Assembly (NCBI GenBank): GCA_017454375.1
Contig: JAFTDB010000033.1
Coordinates: forward strand, 170,967 to 234,966
Length of the DNA stretch: 64,000 bases
Source of the DNA: Acholeplasmatales bacterium
GTDB lineage: Bacteria > Bacillota_I > Bacilli_A > Acholeplasmatales > Anaeroplasmataceae
Reading direction: 5' to 3'
Under the pieces are notes generated by a model. It worked only from the letters and a program-made list of their open reading frames with translations. It was not told the origin of the DNA and searched no databases. Numbering within the stretch: the first letter of the stretch is position 1; each line of letters begins with the position of its first letter. Below, piece by piece: positions 1 through 9,259 of this stretch. The translations under genes were made by a program, and so were the position numbers.

Positions 1-788
1 GAGTAAAAGAAGATAATAATCTGCTTTTATACCGCTTTGAAAGTGGCTATGGTAGACGTTACGCTAACTTCAATGAAGAGGTAGACATCTTAAGATTTTT
101 AGATGTATTATCTGATATTCTAAATGATAATTTAGCTGATTTAGAAGAAAACTTCGCTAAAGAATTATCAGCTTTAGCATTCGTAAATGAAGAAGAAAGA
201 TCTTATTATCTAACATTTGGTGACCTACCTTATTTAGAGACACCCATTACAAATCATAAGGTCTACCCTTATGCATTAAAATCCTTACAGGAAATCAAAA
301 AAGAAAAGGATTCATGCTTTATAAATATCTTATATTCTCCAATTGTATGTAAGGAAGATAATGTAAGGCCAGTTATGGTATATTTTTATTATCCAGAGAA
401 GAATTACCATAAAATGGCTTATATGATTTGTAATAAAAAGAAATACAAAGAAGAATTTTGGAATGTTGTATTAAATGTATTTGATGAATACCATATTCCA
501 AAAGAAATTTATATCAATAATCGTAGATTCTATTCTTATATTGCTAAAACCTTCAAGGAAATGAAAATTAAGGTAGAATTAAATCTAGATGGTGATTTGG
601 ATAAGCAAATCATAGATTCTATTTCTCATGTTTTCAATGTTGATATTGAAATAAAAGAAGAAAAAGAAAAGATAGTAGAGCTTTTAGATGCTATATCTCA
701 TTTTATTTCAACTATCAATCAGCTAGTACCTGAGGATGAAGAAGAAATAGATGAAGAATCAGAAAATGAAGATAGTTATGTTAGCTGA
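1..788 (+). CDS. Hypothetical protein, 5'-truncated by the window edge
   Basis: The frame of ORF 375..788 is open from position 3 (VKEDNNLLLYRFESGYGRRY...) to TGA at 786-788; acidic C-terminal tail. Confidence 0.75.
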   Translation, partial: VKEDNNLLLYRFESGYGRRYANFNEEVDILRFLDVLSDILNDNLADLEENFAKELSALAFVNEEERSYYLTFGDLPYLETPITNHKVYPYALKSLQEIKKEKDSCFINILYSPIVCKEDNVRPVMVYFYYPEKNYHKMAYMICNKKKYKEEFWNVVLNVFDEYHIPKEIYINNRRFYSYIAKTFKEMKIKVELNLDGDLDKQIIDSISHVFNVDIEIKEEKEKIVELLDAISHFISTINQLVPEDEEEIDEESENEDSYVS

Positions 789-1287
789 TTTTTCATATCA
801 GGATGATGAAATTAAAATAAGACCTATTGAGCTTTCTGATTACCATGATTATTACAAGCTATATAGTGACAATCTTAATATGAAATATTTATCTATTGAT
901 AAATTTGAAAATGAGGATGTTGCCCTTCATATGCTTAAGAATTTATATTATTCTAAAGAATATGAATCATATGGCTATGTGATAATTAAGGATGATTTGG
1001 TAGTAGGCTTATTTGATATATTTGAAATAATGAATAATAGTGCTCAAATCTCATATATTTTGTTACCTGAATATCAAAAAAAGGGTATAATGAGTAAGGT
1101 TCTTAAATTATTTATAAAATATTTAAAGAAAAATACCCAAATATATGAAATTTGTGCTAAAATACTAAATGGCAATTTTCAAAGCCTTAAATTATTAAAT
1201 AATTTAGGATTTGAAAAAGCTTATGAGGAAAAAATGATTATTAGAGATAAATTAGAATATTTATCTTGTTATAAAATAAAATTGTAG
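778..1287 (+). CDS. GNAT N-acetyltransferase, RimJ/RimL-like
   Basis: ISYILLPEYQKKGIM and N..S..LL..LGF motifs; ATG at 778 overlaps the end of the upstream gene. Confidence 0.85.
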   Translation: MLADFSYQDDEIKIRPIELSDYHDYYKLYSDNLNMKYLSIDKFENEDVALHMLKNLYYSKEYESYGYVIIKDDLVVGLFDIFEIMNNSAQISYILLPEYQKKGIMSKVLKLFIKYLKKNTQIYEICAKILNGNFQSLKLLNNLGFEKAYEEKMIIRDKLEYLSCYKIKL

Positions 1288-1298
1288 GAGAGAGATGT

Positions 1299-2600
1299 AT
1301 GAATACTAAACCTAAAGGAACATATGATGTACTTCCTGGTGAATCTGAACGTTGGATTAACCTAGAAAGTGCAATTAGAAAAGTATGTAGATTATATAAT
1401 TTTAAAGAAATTAGAACACCTATTTTCGAATCATATAATGTATTCCATAGAAGTCAAGACGATTCATCTGATATGGTTAATAAGGAAACTTATGATTTTG
1501 AAGATAGAAGTGAACGTAAGATGACTTTAAGACCTGAAGGAACTGCAGGTGTTATTAGAGCTTATGTAGAAAATAAGATTTACGCTAATGAACCATTATC
1601 TAAGCTATATTATGTAGGACCAATGTTTAGATATGAACGTCCACAAAAGGGTAGAAATAGACAGTTCTCACAATTTGGTGTTGAACTTCTAGGTTCTGAT
1701 TCACCACTTGTAGATGTTGAGGTAATATCACTTGGTGTTACATTAATTAAAGCAATTGGCTTAAAGGATGTAAAGGTTAAAATAAATTCACTTGGTGATT
1801 CAATATCACGTATGAATTATAAAAATGTTTTAGTTAAGCATTTCTCTAATCATTTAGATGAGCTTTGTGAGGATTGTAAGGAAAGACTTCAAAAGAATCC
1901 TTTAAGATTACTTGACTGTAAGGTATGTAAGGATAAAGAATTCTTCATAAATGCTCCAAAGATTAATGATTATTTAAATCTAGAATCTAAAAAGAGATTT
2001 GAAACTGTATTACAATCTCTTGATAGCTTAGGAATCGAATATGAGGTTTCTCCTAATCTAGTAAGAGGTTTAGATTATTATTCACACACTGTATTTGAGC
2101 TAGAGGTTAATATTCCTGAATTCGGTGCTCAAAACGTAATCGGTGCTGGTGGTAGATATGATAATCTAGTAAAAGAGCTTGGTGGACCAGACATTACAGG
2201 TGTTGGTATGGCATTCGGCTTAGAACGTTTGTTGATGGCATCTGAATTTGGTGGTAAATCACTAAAGAGTAAAGATTTCGTACATGTATATTTCATAACT
2301 TTAGGTGAAAAAGCAAAGGCTGAAGGCTTAAAACAAATTGCCTTACTTAGAAATTTAGGTTTAGTTTGTGATATGGATTATGTTGGAACTAGCCTAAAGG
2401 CTCAATTTAAGCATGCTGATAATGCTAATGCGATGTTTACATGTATCTTAGGTGATAATGAGCTTGAAAACGGAGTAGTTAACATTAAAGATAATTTAAC
2501 TGATGAACAAGAAACAATTAAATTAAATGAAATATTTGAATATGTAATGAATAAAATTAAACCAGAAAATCCATGTGCTGGTTGTAATGGAAGGAAGTAA
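1299..2600 (+). CDS. hisS: Histidine--tRNA ligase
   Basis: LRPEGTAG, FRYERPQKGRNRQF, LVRGLDYY and GGRYD motifs. Confidence 0.98.
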   Translation: MNTKPKGTYDVLPGESERWINLESAIRKVCRLYNFKEIRTPIFESYNVFHRSQDDSSDMVNKETYDFEDRSERKMTLRPEGTAGVIRAYVENKIYANEPLSKLYYVGPMFRYERPQKGRNRQFSQFGVELLGSDSPLVDVEVISLGVTLIKAIGLKDVKVKINSLGDSISRMNYKNVLVKHFSNHLDELCEDCKERLQKNPLRLLDCKVCKDKEFFINAPKINDYLNLESKKRFETVLQSLDSLGIEYEVSPNLVRGLDYYSHTVFELEVNIPEFGAQNVIGAGGRYDNLVKELGGPDITGVGMAFGLERLLMASEFGGKSLKSKDFVHVYFITLGEKAKAEGLKQIALLRNLGLVCDMDYVGTSLKAQFKHADNANAMFTCILGDNELENGVVNIKDNLTDEQETIKLNEIFEYVMNKIKPENPCAGCNGRK

Positions 2601-2604
2601 AACA

Positions 2605-3906
2605 ATGGAAAGAAAAATGATTAAAGATATTACCTTAGGACAAGTAAATAAGGTAGCAGGATTTGTTGAAAATATCAGAAATAAAAAATCTATGTGCTTC
2701 ATAGTTTTAAAAGATATTTCTGGTAAATTACAATTAACTATCGAAAAAGAAAAACATCCAGAGCTAGAAGAAACACTTAGCAAAATCACAATTGATAGTG
2801 TAATTGAGGCAGAAGGTCCAATTATGGCTTCTGAATATGTTAAATTAAATGGTATGGAAATGTATCCAGATAAAGTTCTAATTGATACAATTGCTGAACC
2901 ATCTCCAATTGTTGCCCCTAAAGGAGAAGAAACAAATATTGACTTACGTCTAGATTATCGTTGGATTGATCTACGTACTGATAAGAACCAATTAATGTTC
3001 AAGACTCAATCATTATTTGTTAATAAATGTAGAGAATTCTTAAATGACCGTGATTTCATTGAAATTCACTCACCAAAGCTAATCGGTGCTGAATCAGAAT
3101 CAGGTGCTGGTGTATTTAAGGTAGATTATTTCGATCGTAACGCTTATTTAGCACAATCTCCACAATTCTATAAGCAAATGGCAATGGCCGCAGGATTCGA
3201 ACGTATTTATGAATCTGGTCCAGTATTCAGAGCTGAAAAGTTCGCCAGCCGTAAGCATGCAACTGAATTCTCTGGATTTGACCTAGAATTCTCATATATC
3301 AATTCATTCCATGATGTAATGCATATGGAAGAAGAAATGCTTGAATATGCAATTCGCGCAGTTAAAGAAAAATATGGCGATGAAATTAAGAAGGTATTCG
3401 ATATTGATGTTGTAGTACCTACACTTCCATTCCCAGTTATGGATTTAGCTGATGTTTATAAAGAATTAGAAGCTAGATATGGTTATAAGGTTCCTGATTC
3501 AGAAAAGGGTGACCTTACAACTGAAGGTGAAAGAATGGTTCAAAAGCTATCTATGGATATGTTTGGACATGAATTCTTATTCATCACAGGCTATTCAAAG
3601 GAATGCCGTGCTTTCTATCATATGAGAGATGAAAAGGGCGTACCTTGTGGATATGACTTAATTTGGAAGGGCTGTGAAATCACAACTGGTGCTCAAAGAG
3701 AGCATAGATATGAGATTTTAAAGGCTCAAGCACAAGAAAAAGGTCTTGATGAGGATGTTAAGTTCTACTTAGACTTCTTCAAGTTTGGCTGTCCTCCTCA
3801 TGGTGGATTTGGTATCGGTATTGATAGAATCACTATGATTTTATTCAACCTAGGTATTAAAGATGCAATGTTCATCTTCAGAGGACCAGATAGATTAAAT
3901 CCATAG
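2605..3906 (+). CDS. aspS: Aspartate--tRNA ligase, short archaeal/eukaryal-type (no GAD insertion)
   Basis: YLAQSPQFYKQM, VFRAE, EITTGAQREH and PPHGGFGIGIDR motifs; about 433 aa from ATG 2605. Confidence 0.92.
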   Translation: MERKMIKDITLGQVNKVAGFVENIRNKKSMCFIVLKDISGKLQLTIEKEKHPELEETLSKITIDSVIEAEGPIMASEYVKLNGMEMYPDKVLIDTIAEPSPIVAPKGEETNIDLRLDYRWIDLRTDKNQLMFKTQSLFVNKCREFLNDRDFIEIHSPKLIGAESESGAGVFKVDYFDRNAYLAQSPQFYKQMAMAAGFERIYESGPVFRAEKFASRKHATEFSGFDLEFSYINSFHDVMHMEEEMLEYAIRAVKEKYGDEIKKVFDIDVVVPTLPFPVMDLADVYKELEARYGYKVPDSEKGDLTTEGERMVQKLSMDMFGHEFLFITGYSKECRAFYHMRDEKGVPCGYDLIWKGCEITTGAQREHRYEILKAQAQEKGLDEDVKFYLDFFKFGCPPHGGFGIGIDRITMILFNLGIKDAMFIFRGPDRLNP

Positions 3907-3915
3907 GAGGATCTT

Positions 3916-4374
3916 ATGAATATTTCTTGGGAACAATATTTTATGGGTGTAGCCTTACTTTCTGCAAAGAGAAGTAAGGACCCTGCTACACAGGTTGGTG
4001 CTTGTGTTGTAAATGAAGACAATAGAATAATTGGTATTGGTTATAATGGTTTTCCTCGTGGATGTAGCGATGATGAATTCCCTTGGGGAAAGGCTGATAG
4101 TAATGAATTAAATAACAAATATCCATATGTTGTACATGCAGAAGCTAATGCAATTTTAAATAGTACAAAGGAATTAAAGGGAGCACGTGTTTATGTTACA
4201 TTATTCCCATGTAACGAATGTGCTAAGCTTTTAATTCAAACTGGTATCAAGGAAGTTATCTACTTATCAGATAAGCATGCTGATAGCGTATCTGTTAAAG
4301 CTTCTAAAAAAATGCTAGATTCTGCAGGCGTAAAATACCGTCAAATGGAAGCATTTGAGGTACTTATTAAGTAA
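3916..4374 (+). CDS. dCMP deaminase (ComEB family)
   Basis: RSKDPATQVGAC, HAEANA and PCNECAK zinc motifs. Confidence 0.93.
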   Translation: MNISWEQYFMGVALLSAKRSKDPATQVGACVVNEDNRIIGIGYNGFPRGCSDDEFPWGKADSNELNNKYPYVVHAEANAILNSTKELKGARVYVTLFPCNECAKLLIQTGIKEVIYLSDKHADSVSVKASKKMLDSAGVKYRQMEAFEVLIK

Positions 4375-5384
4375 TGGACTATTTATTTAGTCGTTATTTA
4401 AAGCCATTACTATTATTTGTATTTATAATTACACCATTTATAACTATTTTAGTATTTAGAAGTAATTATGCGATTATTTTAAAGGGTGATACCTTAAAGT
4501 TTGAAAGTGTTGTAGAAATTGATACTAAAAATGAAGAAAAAGGCTCTTTTTCGACTATTTATGTTATCAATATGGAGCATTCAACAGCTTTTCAAAATGC
4601 TTTGGTTACTGGAATTGAGACAGTAGAATCATATGAAATCTCATATGGTTCAACTCATATAAATGATTTTGAATCATTGGCAGCCTCTAAAATACAATAT
4701 TATTCATCAATTGATGTATCAATGATTTTAGCTTATGAAGAAGCTAAAAAGGAAGATAATAATATTTATATAGATTATAAATTTTCATCATATGATGTGA
4801 CTTATTATGATAGGGAAAGTAATCTAAGAATTGGTGATAAAATAATTGGTGTAGGTGAAGTAGATAATTCTGATATTCAGGCTTTAGCCTTGGCTATTAA
4901 TAAGATGAATATTGGTGATATCATTCATATTATAAGAAATGGTAATAAAGAAGATATTAGCTTTAATGGTAAATATTTCAATGCATATGCAAGATATGAT
5001 ATTAATTATGATACTATTAAGCCTAAGGCTAAATTTTCTGATAATATGATTGGTGGTCCATCTGGTGGATTATTGCAAACATTATCTATTTATAATAGAT
5101 TAACAAATACTGATTTAACTCATGGCTTAAAAATTGCAGGAACTGGTACAATATCAAGAAATGGTAAAGTTGGGGCAATTGGTGGTATAAAAGAAAAAAT
5201 CCCAACAGCCATCGATGATAATATTGATATCTTTTTTTGTGTAGCAGATAATTATGATGATGCTTATAAAGCATATAAATCATTACCTAATTCAGCTAAG
5301 ATGAAGCTAATTAGGGTTGAAACATTTTATGATTGCTTGAATTATTTGAAGGAGGGTTATAAAAATGACTTTCCTAACTTATAG
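4374..5384 (+). CDS. YlbL-like membrane-anchored PDZ / Lon (S16) protease-domain protein
   Basis: N-terminal TM helix; GGPSGGL (Ser) and IAGTGTI...GAIGGIKEK (Lys) dyad. Confidence 0.85.
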   Translation: MDYLFSRYLKPLLLFVFIITPFITILVFRSNYAIILKGDTLKFESVVEIDTKNEEKGSFSTIYVINMEHSTAFQNALVTGIETVESYEISYGSTHINDFESLAASKIQYYSSIDVSMILAYEEAKKEDNNIYIDYKFSSYDVTYYDRESNLRIGDKIIGVGEVDNSDIQALALAINKMNIGDIIHIIRNGNKEDISFNGKYFNAYARYDINYDTIKPKAKFSDNMIGGPSGGLLQTLSIYNRLTNTDLTHGLKIAGTGTISRNGKVGAIGGIKEKIPTAIDDNIDIFFCVADNYDDAYKAYKSLPNSAKMKLIRVETFYDCLNYLKEGYKNDFPNL

Positions 5385-5721
5385 AGAAATATCTGATAGA
5401 ATTGATAATTTTAATGTACCATTAAGGAAGAAGATACCTACTTTTATAATATCATTTATTATTAGTTTAATAATTGTGTTATTACCACTATTCACACTTA
5501 TTAATTTATTCATATTTAGAGATTATCGTAAGATTATAGTTTTTGGATTTGGATTAATAATTGATTTGGTATTCTTTATTACTATGGCTTTATATTATCA
5601 GGCTATAACAAAGAATATGGTTAAAAATACTTGGGTAGTAGCGTTATGTGAAACCTTAGTGATGTCAATATTAGTTATGATTGCAGTGTTAATCATATAT
5701 ATGACTGGAGTGTTGAACTAA
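5365..5721 (+). CDS. Hypothetical membrane protein (about 3 TM helices)
   Basis: Hydrophobic ORF with GGAGG RBS, coupled to lspA. Confidence 0.75.
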   Translation: MTFLTYREISDRIDNFNVPLRKKIPTFIISFIISLIIVLLPLFTLINLFIFRDYRKIIVFGFGLIIDLVFFITMALYYQAITKNMVKNTWVVALCETLVMSILVMIAVLIIYMTGVLN

Positions 5722-6251
5722 TGATTATTTCACTAATTGTTATCTTTATCTTATTTATGTTAGATCAAGGTAGTAAATATTTAACTGAAATAAATTTAGC
5801 TGAGGGAGAAGTAAGAGAAGCAATCCCTGGCTTTTTAAAAATCACAAAAATCTATAATACTGGTGCTGGCTGGGGTATGCTAGATAACGCAACCTGGCTA
5901 CTTGTAATAATAAGTGCTATAGCTACAGTTGTTTTGGCATATTTTGTAATGCAAAATAATTGGAAAAAAGAAAAATTTAAAAGCTTCATTATGTGCTTAT
6001 TATTTGCAGGCTGTGTAGGTAATTTATATGATAGATTGGTATCTGTATTACCTTTTACTAAGGCTGCAAGACCAGGTGTAGTTGATATGATTAAATGGTC
6101 ATGGTTTGATTGGTTTACTTCATCATTACATTTAGGTACTACAATATTCAATGTAGCTGATTTCTTCTTAGTAACAGGATTAGTTTTATTAATCCTTTAC
6201 TTAATCGTAACTGAGGTTAGAGTTTATGTTAAAAGTAAATCTAGAAAGTGA
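5721..6251 (+). CDS. lspA: Lipoprotein signal peptidase II
   Basis: LDQGSK, NTGAGWG, GNLYDR, VVDMI and FNVAD motifs. Confidence 0.95.
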   Translation: MIISLIVIFILFMLDQGSKYLTEINLAEGEVREAIPGFLKITKIYNTGAGWGMLDNATWLLVIISAIATVVLAYFVMQNNWKKEKFKSFIMCLLFAGCVGNLYDRLVSVLPFTKAARPGVVDMIKWSWFDWFTSSLHLGTTIFNVADFFLVTGLVLLILYLIVTEVRVYVKSKSRK

Positions 6252-7131
6252 TTATATTGGTTTAAGGCTTGATAAAGCCTTAACTTTTATTTTACCTGAT
6301 AAAAGTCGTTCTACAATTTTAAAGATGATTGAAAATGGCGATATATTATTAAATGATAAGCCTTTTAAGCCTTCAACTAAGGGTGAAGAGGGTGATGTAT
6401 TAACAATTAATGATGTAGAGCCTGAATCACTTGATGTAGAAGCAGAGGATTTAAATTTAAATATTGTATATCAAGATGATGATGTAATGGTTGTTAATAA
6501 GCCTAAAGGTATGGTTGTACACCCTGCCTGTGGTAATTATTCTAAAACCTTAGTTAATGGCCTACTTTATGAGCTTGATGAATTACCTGAAATAAACGGT
6601 GTTTTACGTCCAGGTATCGTACACCGAATTGATAAGGATACTACAGGTCTTTTAATGGTTGCCAAATCAGAAGAGGCTATGAAGTCTTTGACTGAGCAAT
6701 TAAAGGAGCATTCTTGTAAAAGAGAATATATTGCCCTAGTTTATGGAGAATTTCAAGAGAATAGAGGCCGTATTAACGTTCCTATCGCTCGTTCAAAGCT
6801 AGATAGAAAAAAGATGGCTGTCGATAAAGAAGGTAAGGAAGCCATCACTAATTTTGAGGTTTTAAAGCGCTATAAGGGCTTTACACTTGTTAAATGTGTA
6901 CTTGAAACAGGTAGAACACACCAAATTAGAGTACATTTTGAATATATCGATCATCCACTTGTTGGTGATAAGGTATATGGTAGAAGAAAGGTAATTGGAG
7001 ATCAGGGCCAATTCTTACATGCGAAAACAATTGGTTTTAAGCATCCACGCACAGGTAAGTGGTGTGAGTTCACATCAGAATTACCACAGTACTTTACTGA
7101 TTTTTTAAATACATTGGAAGAGATTAGATAA
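6226..7131 (+). CDS. rluD: RluA-family pseudouridine synthase with S4 domain (RluD-like)
   Basis: RLDKAL, NKPKGMVVHP, HRIDKDTTG and GRTHQIRVH motifs; follows lspA as is usual. Confidence 0.92.
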   Translation: MLKVNLESDYIGLRLDKALTFILPDKSRSTILKMIENGDILLNDKPFKPSTKGEEGDVLTINDVEPESLDVEAEDLNLNIVYQDDDVMVVNKPKGMVVHPACGNYSKTLVNGLLYELDELPEINGVLRPGIVHRIDKDTTGLLMVAKSEEAMKSLTEQLKEHSCKREYIALVYGEFQENRGRINVPIARSKLDRKKMAVDKEGKEAITNFEVLKRYKGFTLVKCVLETGRTHQIRVHFEYIDHPLVGDKVYGRRKVIGDQGQFLHAKTIGFKHPRTGKWCEFTSELPQYFTDFLNTLEEIR

Positions 7132-7132
7132 T

Positions 7133-7987
7133 ATGTTATGGATTATTTATTCAAGTAAATATGATGAAGAAGCTGATAATCCAGCTAAAAGAATGCTTGC
7201 TGAAGCAGTAAATCAAGGAATTGAATCAGAGCTTCTATATTTTAATTATTTTAGGGTAGATGGTAATAATCTATATTATAAGGATAATATAGTAGAAAAC
7301 TTCCCTGATGTAGCATTCTTAAGATGCAATGAAATTTGGCTTGCCGAATTTTTAGAATCTAAAAATGTTCGTGTTATCAATAATTCTTATAGTATTAAGC
7401 ATTGTAAAGATAAATTATTAACTCATCAAATAGTAGATGAGTTAGGTTATAAAGGTATTAAAACTGTTACCTTAGGAAATAAAAAATATAAAGAATTAGT
7501 TAAACTATTTGGACCAGTATTTATATTAAAAATTAGAGATGGCCTTCAAGGTAAAGATATCTATTTAATTGAGAATAAAAAGCAATTTAAGAGCATTGTT
7601 AAAACAATCGATAAAAACAATTTCTTAGCTCAAGAATATATCATAACATCTTATGGTAGAGATGTAAGATTATATTTCGTTGGTGACCAATTTATAGCTG
7701 CCTGTGAGCGTAGAAATGAGAATAGCTTTATCTCAAATATTGCTCAAGGTGGACTTACCTATGAGGTCAGCCTAAAAAAGAGCGATATCGACAAAGCTAG
7801 AGAGATAAAAACGGATTTACAAGGCGAAATTATCACAATTGATTTCGTGTATGGAGAGAATGAATTAATCTTTTGTGAAGCTAACACAAATGCAGGTTTC
7901 CAATCATTTGCCTACCTAGGCTATGATATGAGAAAAATATTTATGAATTACATAAAAGAAAGCGAAAAGAAAAGAGCCCAAAATTAA
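7133..7987 (+). CDS. RimK-family ATP-grasp ligase
   Basis: DKLLTH, QEYI...GRDVR, SNIAQGG and CEANTNAGF motifs. Confidence 0.85.
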   Translation: MLWIIYSSKYDEEADNPAKRMLAEAVNQGIESELLYFNYFRVDGNNLYYKDNIVENFPDVAFLRCNEIWLAEFLESKNVRVINNSYSIKHCKDKLLTHQIVDELGYKGIKTVTLGNKKYKELVKLFGPVFILKIRDGLQGKDIYLIENKKQFKSIVKTIDKNNFLAQEYIITSYGRDVRLYFVGDQFIAACERRNENSFISNIAQGGLTYEVSLKKSDIDKAREIKTDLQGEIITIDFVYGENELIFCEANTNAGFQSFAYLGYDMRKIFMNYIKESEKKRAQN

Positions 7988-8008
7988 ATTTTGGACTCTT
8001 ATTTTTTT
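7972..8008. terminator. Probable bidirectional terminator between convergent genes
   Basis: AAGAGcCCAAAAT-taa-ATTTTGGaCTCTT hairpin with A-rich and T-rich flanks. Confidence 0.6.
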
Positions 8009-8009
8009 C

Positions 8010-9104
8010 CTAGAATGAAATTCTTAATGAAGTCGCAGCCGCACTTACAAATTCATTAACCTTAGCAAGTGGAATAGCATAAGAATGCTGGTATACACCA
8101 TTTTTTTCAGCTGATGCGAAATTGATACCAATTAGCTTTAGGTTAGTATCTAGAAGTACTCCACCAGAAGAACCATTATCAATCTTGGCTGAATGGACAA
8201 TTACATCAAAATCTATATTTGATTGATCAGCAGTTTTTGGATCAGCTTCAAAATGATACATTCTACTAATTTCACCATAAGTAATTGTGTTTGTTTGTCC
8301 CTTAGGCTCACCTAAGGCAACTACATCCTCATTTAGATAATATGCATCAGAGAATTCAATTACTGTTGGTTGTTTATCACCAGATAATCTATTAATTCTT
8401 AGAATTGCTAGATCATAATTAACATCACGATACATTAGGGTTGCTTGATAGCTTTGGTCGTAACAATCATCAACTGTATAAGTTGATAGGTTTTGATTAT
8501 AGCCAGATTCAGGCCAAATTACATGGTGGTTTGTTAAAATGTAATAGTAGCTGTTAGTCTTTGAAAATACTACACCACTACCTGTTGAAATACCGCTACT
8601 ACCACCAAAGCCTGATGTTCTATATTGATGATTAATTTGAACATTAGCTTTTATACTATTTGATGATATGGCATTAGTTAATGCCTTATAATCAATATTG
8701 TATTTAGCATAAATGGTAGTTTCTTTGGTTACAATAGTTTTAAAATCATATTTATTATTACATTCTTCATCTGAACACCAATATAGGAATGTTGCGTAAT
8801 TTTTAACTGGGTCAGCAGGCTCAATTATCTTGTTTTCTTTATTGGATGTAGAAGTATAGATTGTACCATTATTATTTATATATTTAATTTTATAGCCGTT
8901 AGGATTATTTGATGGAATTGTAGACTCATAAGCTGTTTGTTTAGAAGTAGTAACAGTTGGTGTTACTGTAGTCGATGTTGGCTGTGTAGTTGTCGTAGTA
9001 GTTGTACGAACAATCAAACCATCAATGAATGAACAGCTTGATAAGCTAACCACTAAAGCTAGCCCTAGAAAGGCTCCTATAATACGTCTTTTCAAAGAAA
9101 TCAC
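8010..9104 (-). CDS. Lipoprotein: Thr-rich linker, InlB B-repeat-like domain and trypsin-like (S1C) serine protease, no PDZ
   Basis: LSSC lipobox; PADPVK...FLYW...YDF...TIYAKY repeat; triad TNHHV / DLAIL / GSSGG. Confidence 0.85.
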   Translation of the reverse strand: MISLKRRIIGAFLGLALVVSLSSCSFIDGLIVRTTTTTTTQPTSTTVTPTVTTSKQTAYESTIPSNNPNGYKIKYINNNGTIYTSTSNKENKIIEPADPVKNYATFLYWCSDEECNNKYDFKTIVTKETTIYAKYNIDYKALTNAISSNSIKANVQINHQYRTSGFGGSSGISTGSGVVFSKTNSYYYILTNHHVIWPESGYNQNLSTYTVDDCYDQSYQATLMYRDVNYDLAILRINRLSGDKQPTVIEFSDAYYLNEDVVALGEPKGQTNTITYGEISRMYHFEADPKTADQSNIDFDVIVHSAKIDNGSSGGVLLDTNLKLIGINFASAEKNGVYQHSYAIPLAKVNEFVSAAATSLRISF

Positions 9105-9259
9105 CTTCTTTTAACTTATTATAGCAAAAAATGAATAATAATAAAACGTAAAAATTATGTTAAAATATGTTATCGTTATAAAATCAATAATATAATTATT
9201 GAATTCTTGATAATTACGAAAATTTTTAGTATAATTAAACTTAAGGAGCGTAGATAAAA

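Noticed and set aside
9138-9165. TTATGTTAAA resembling the XerD arm of a dif site
   Set aside because: There is no XerC-like arm 6 bp upstream, and gene orientation does not switch around it.
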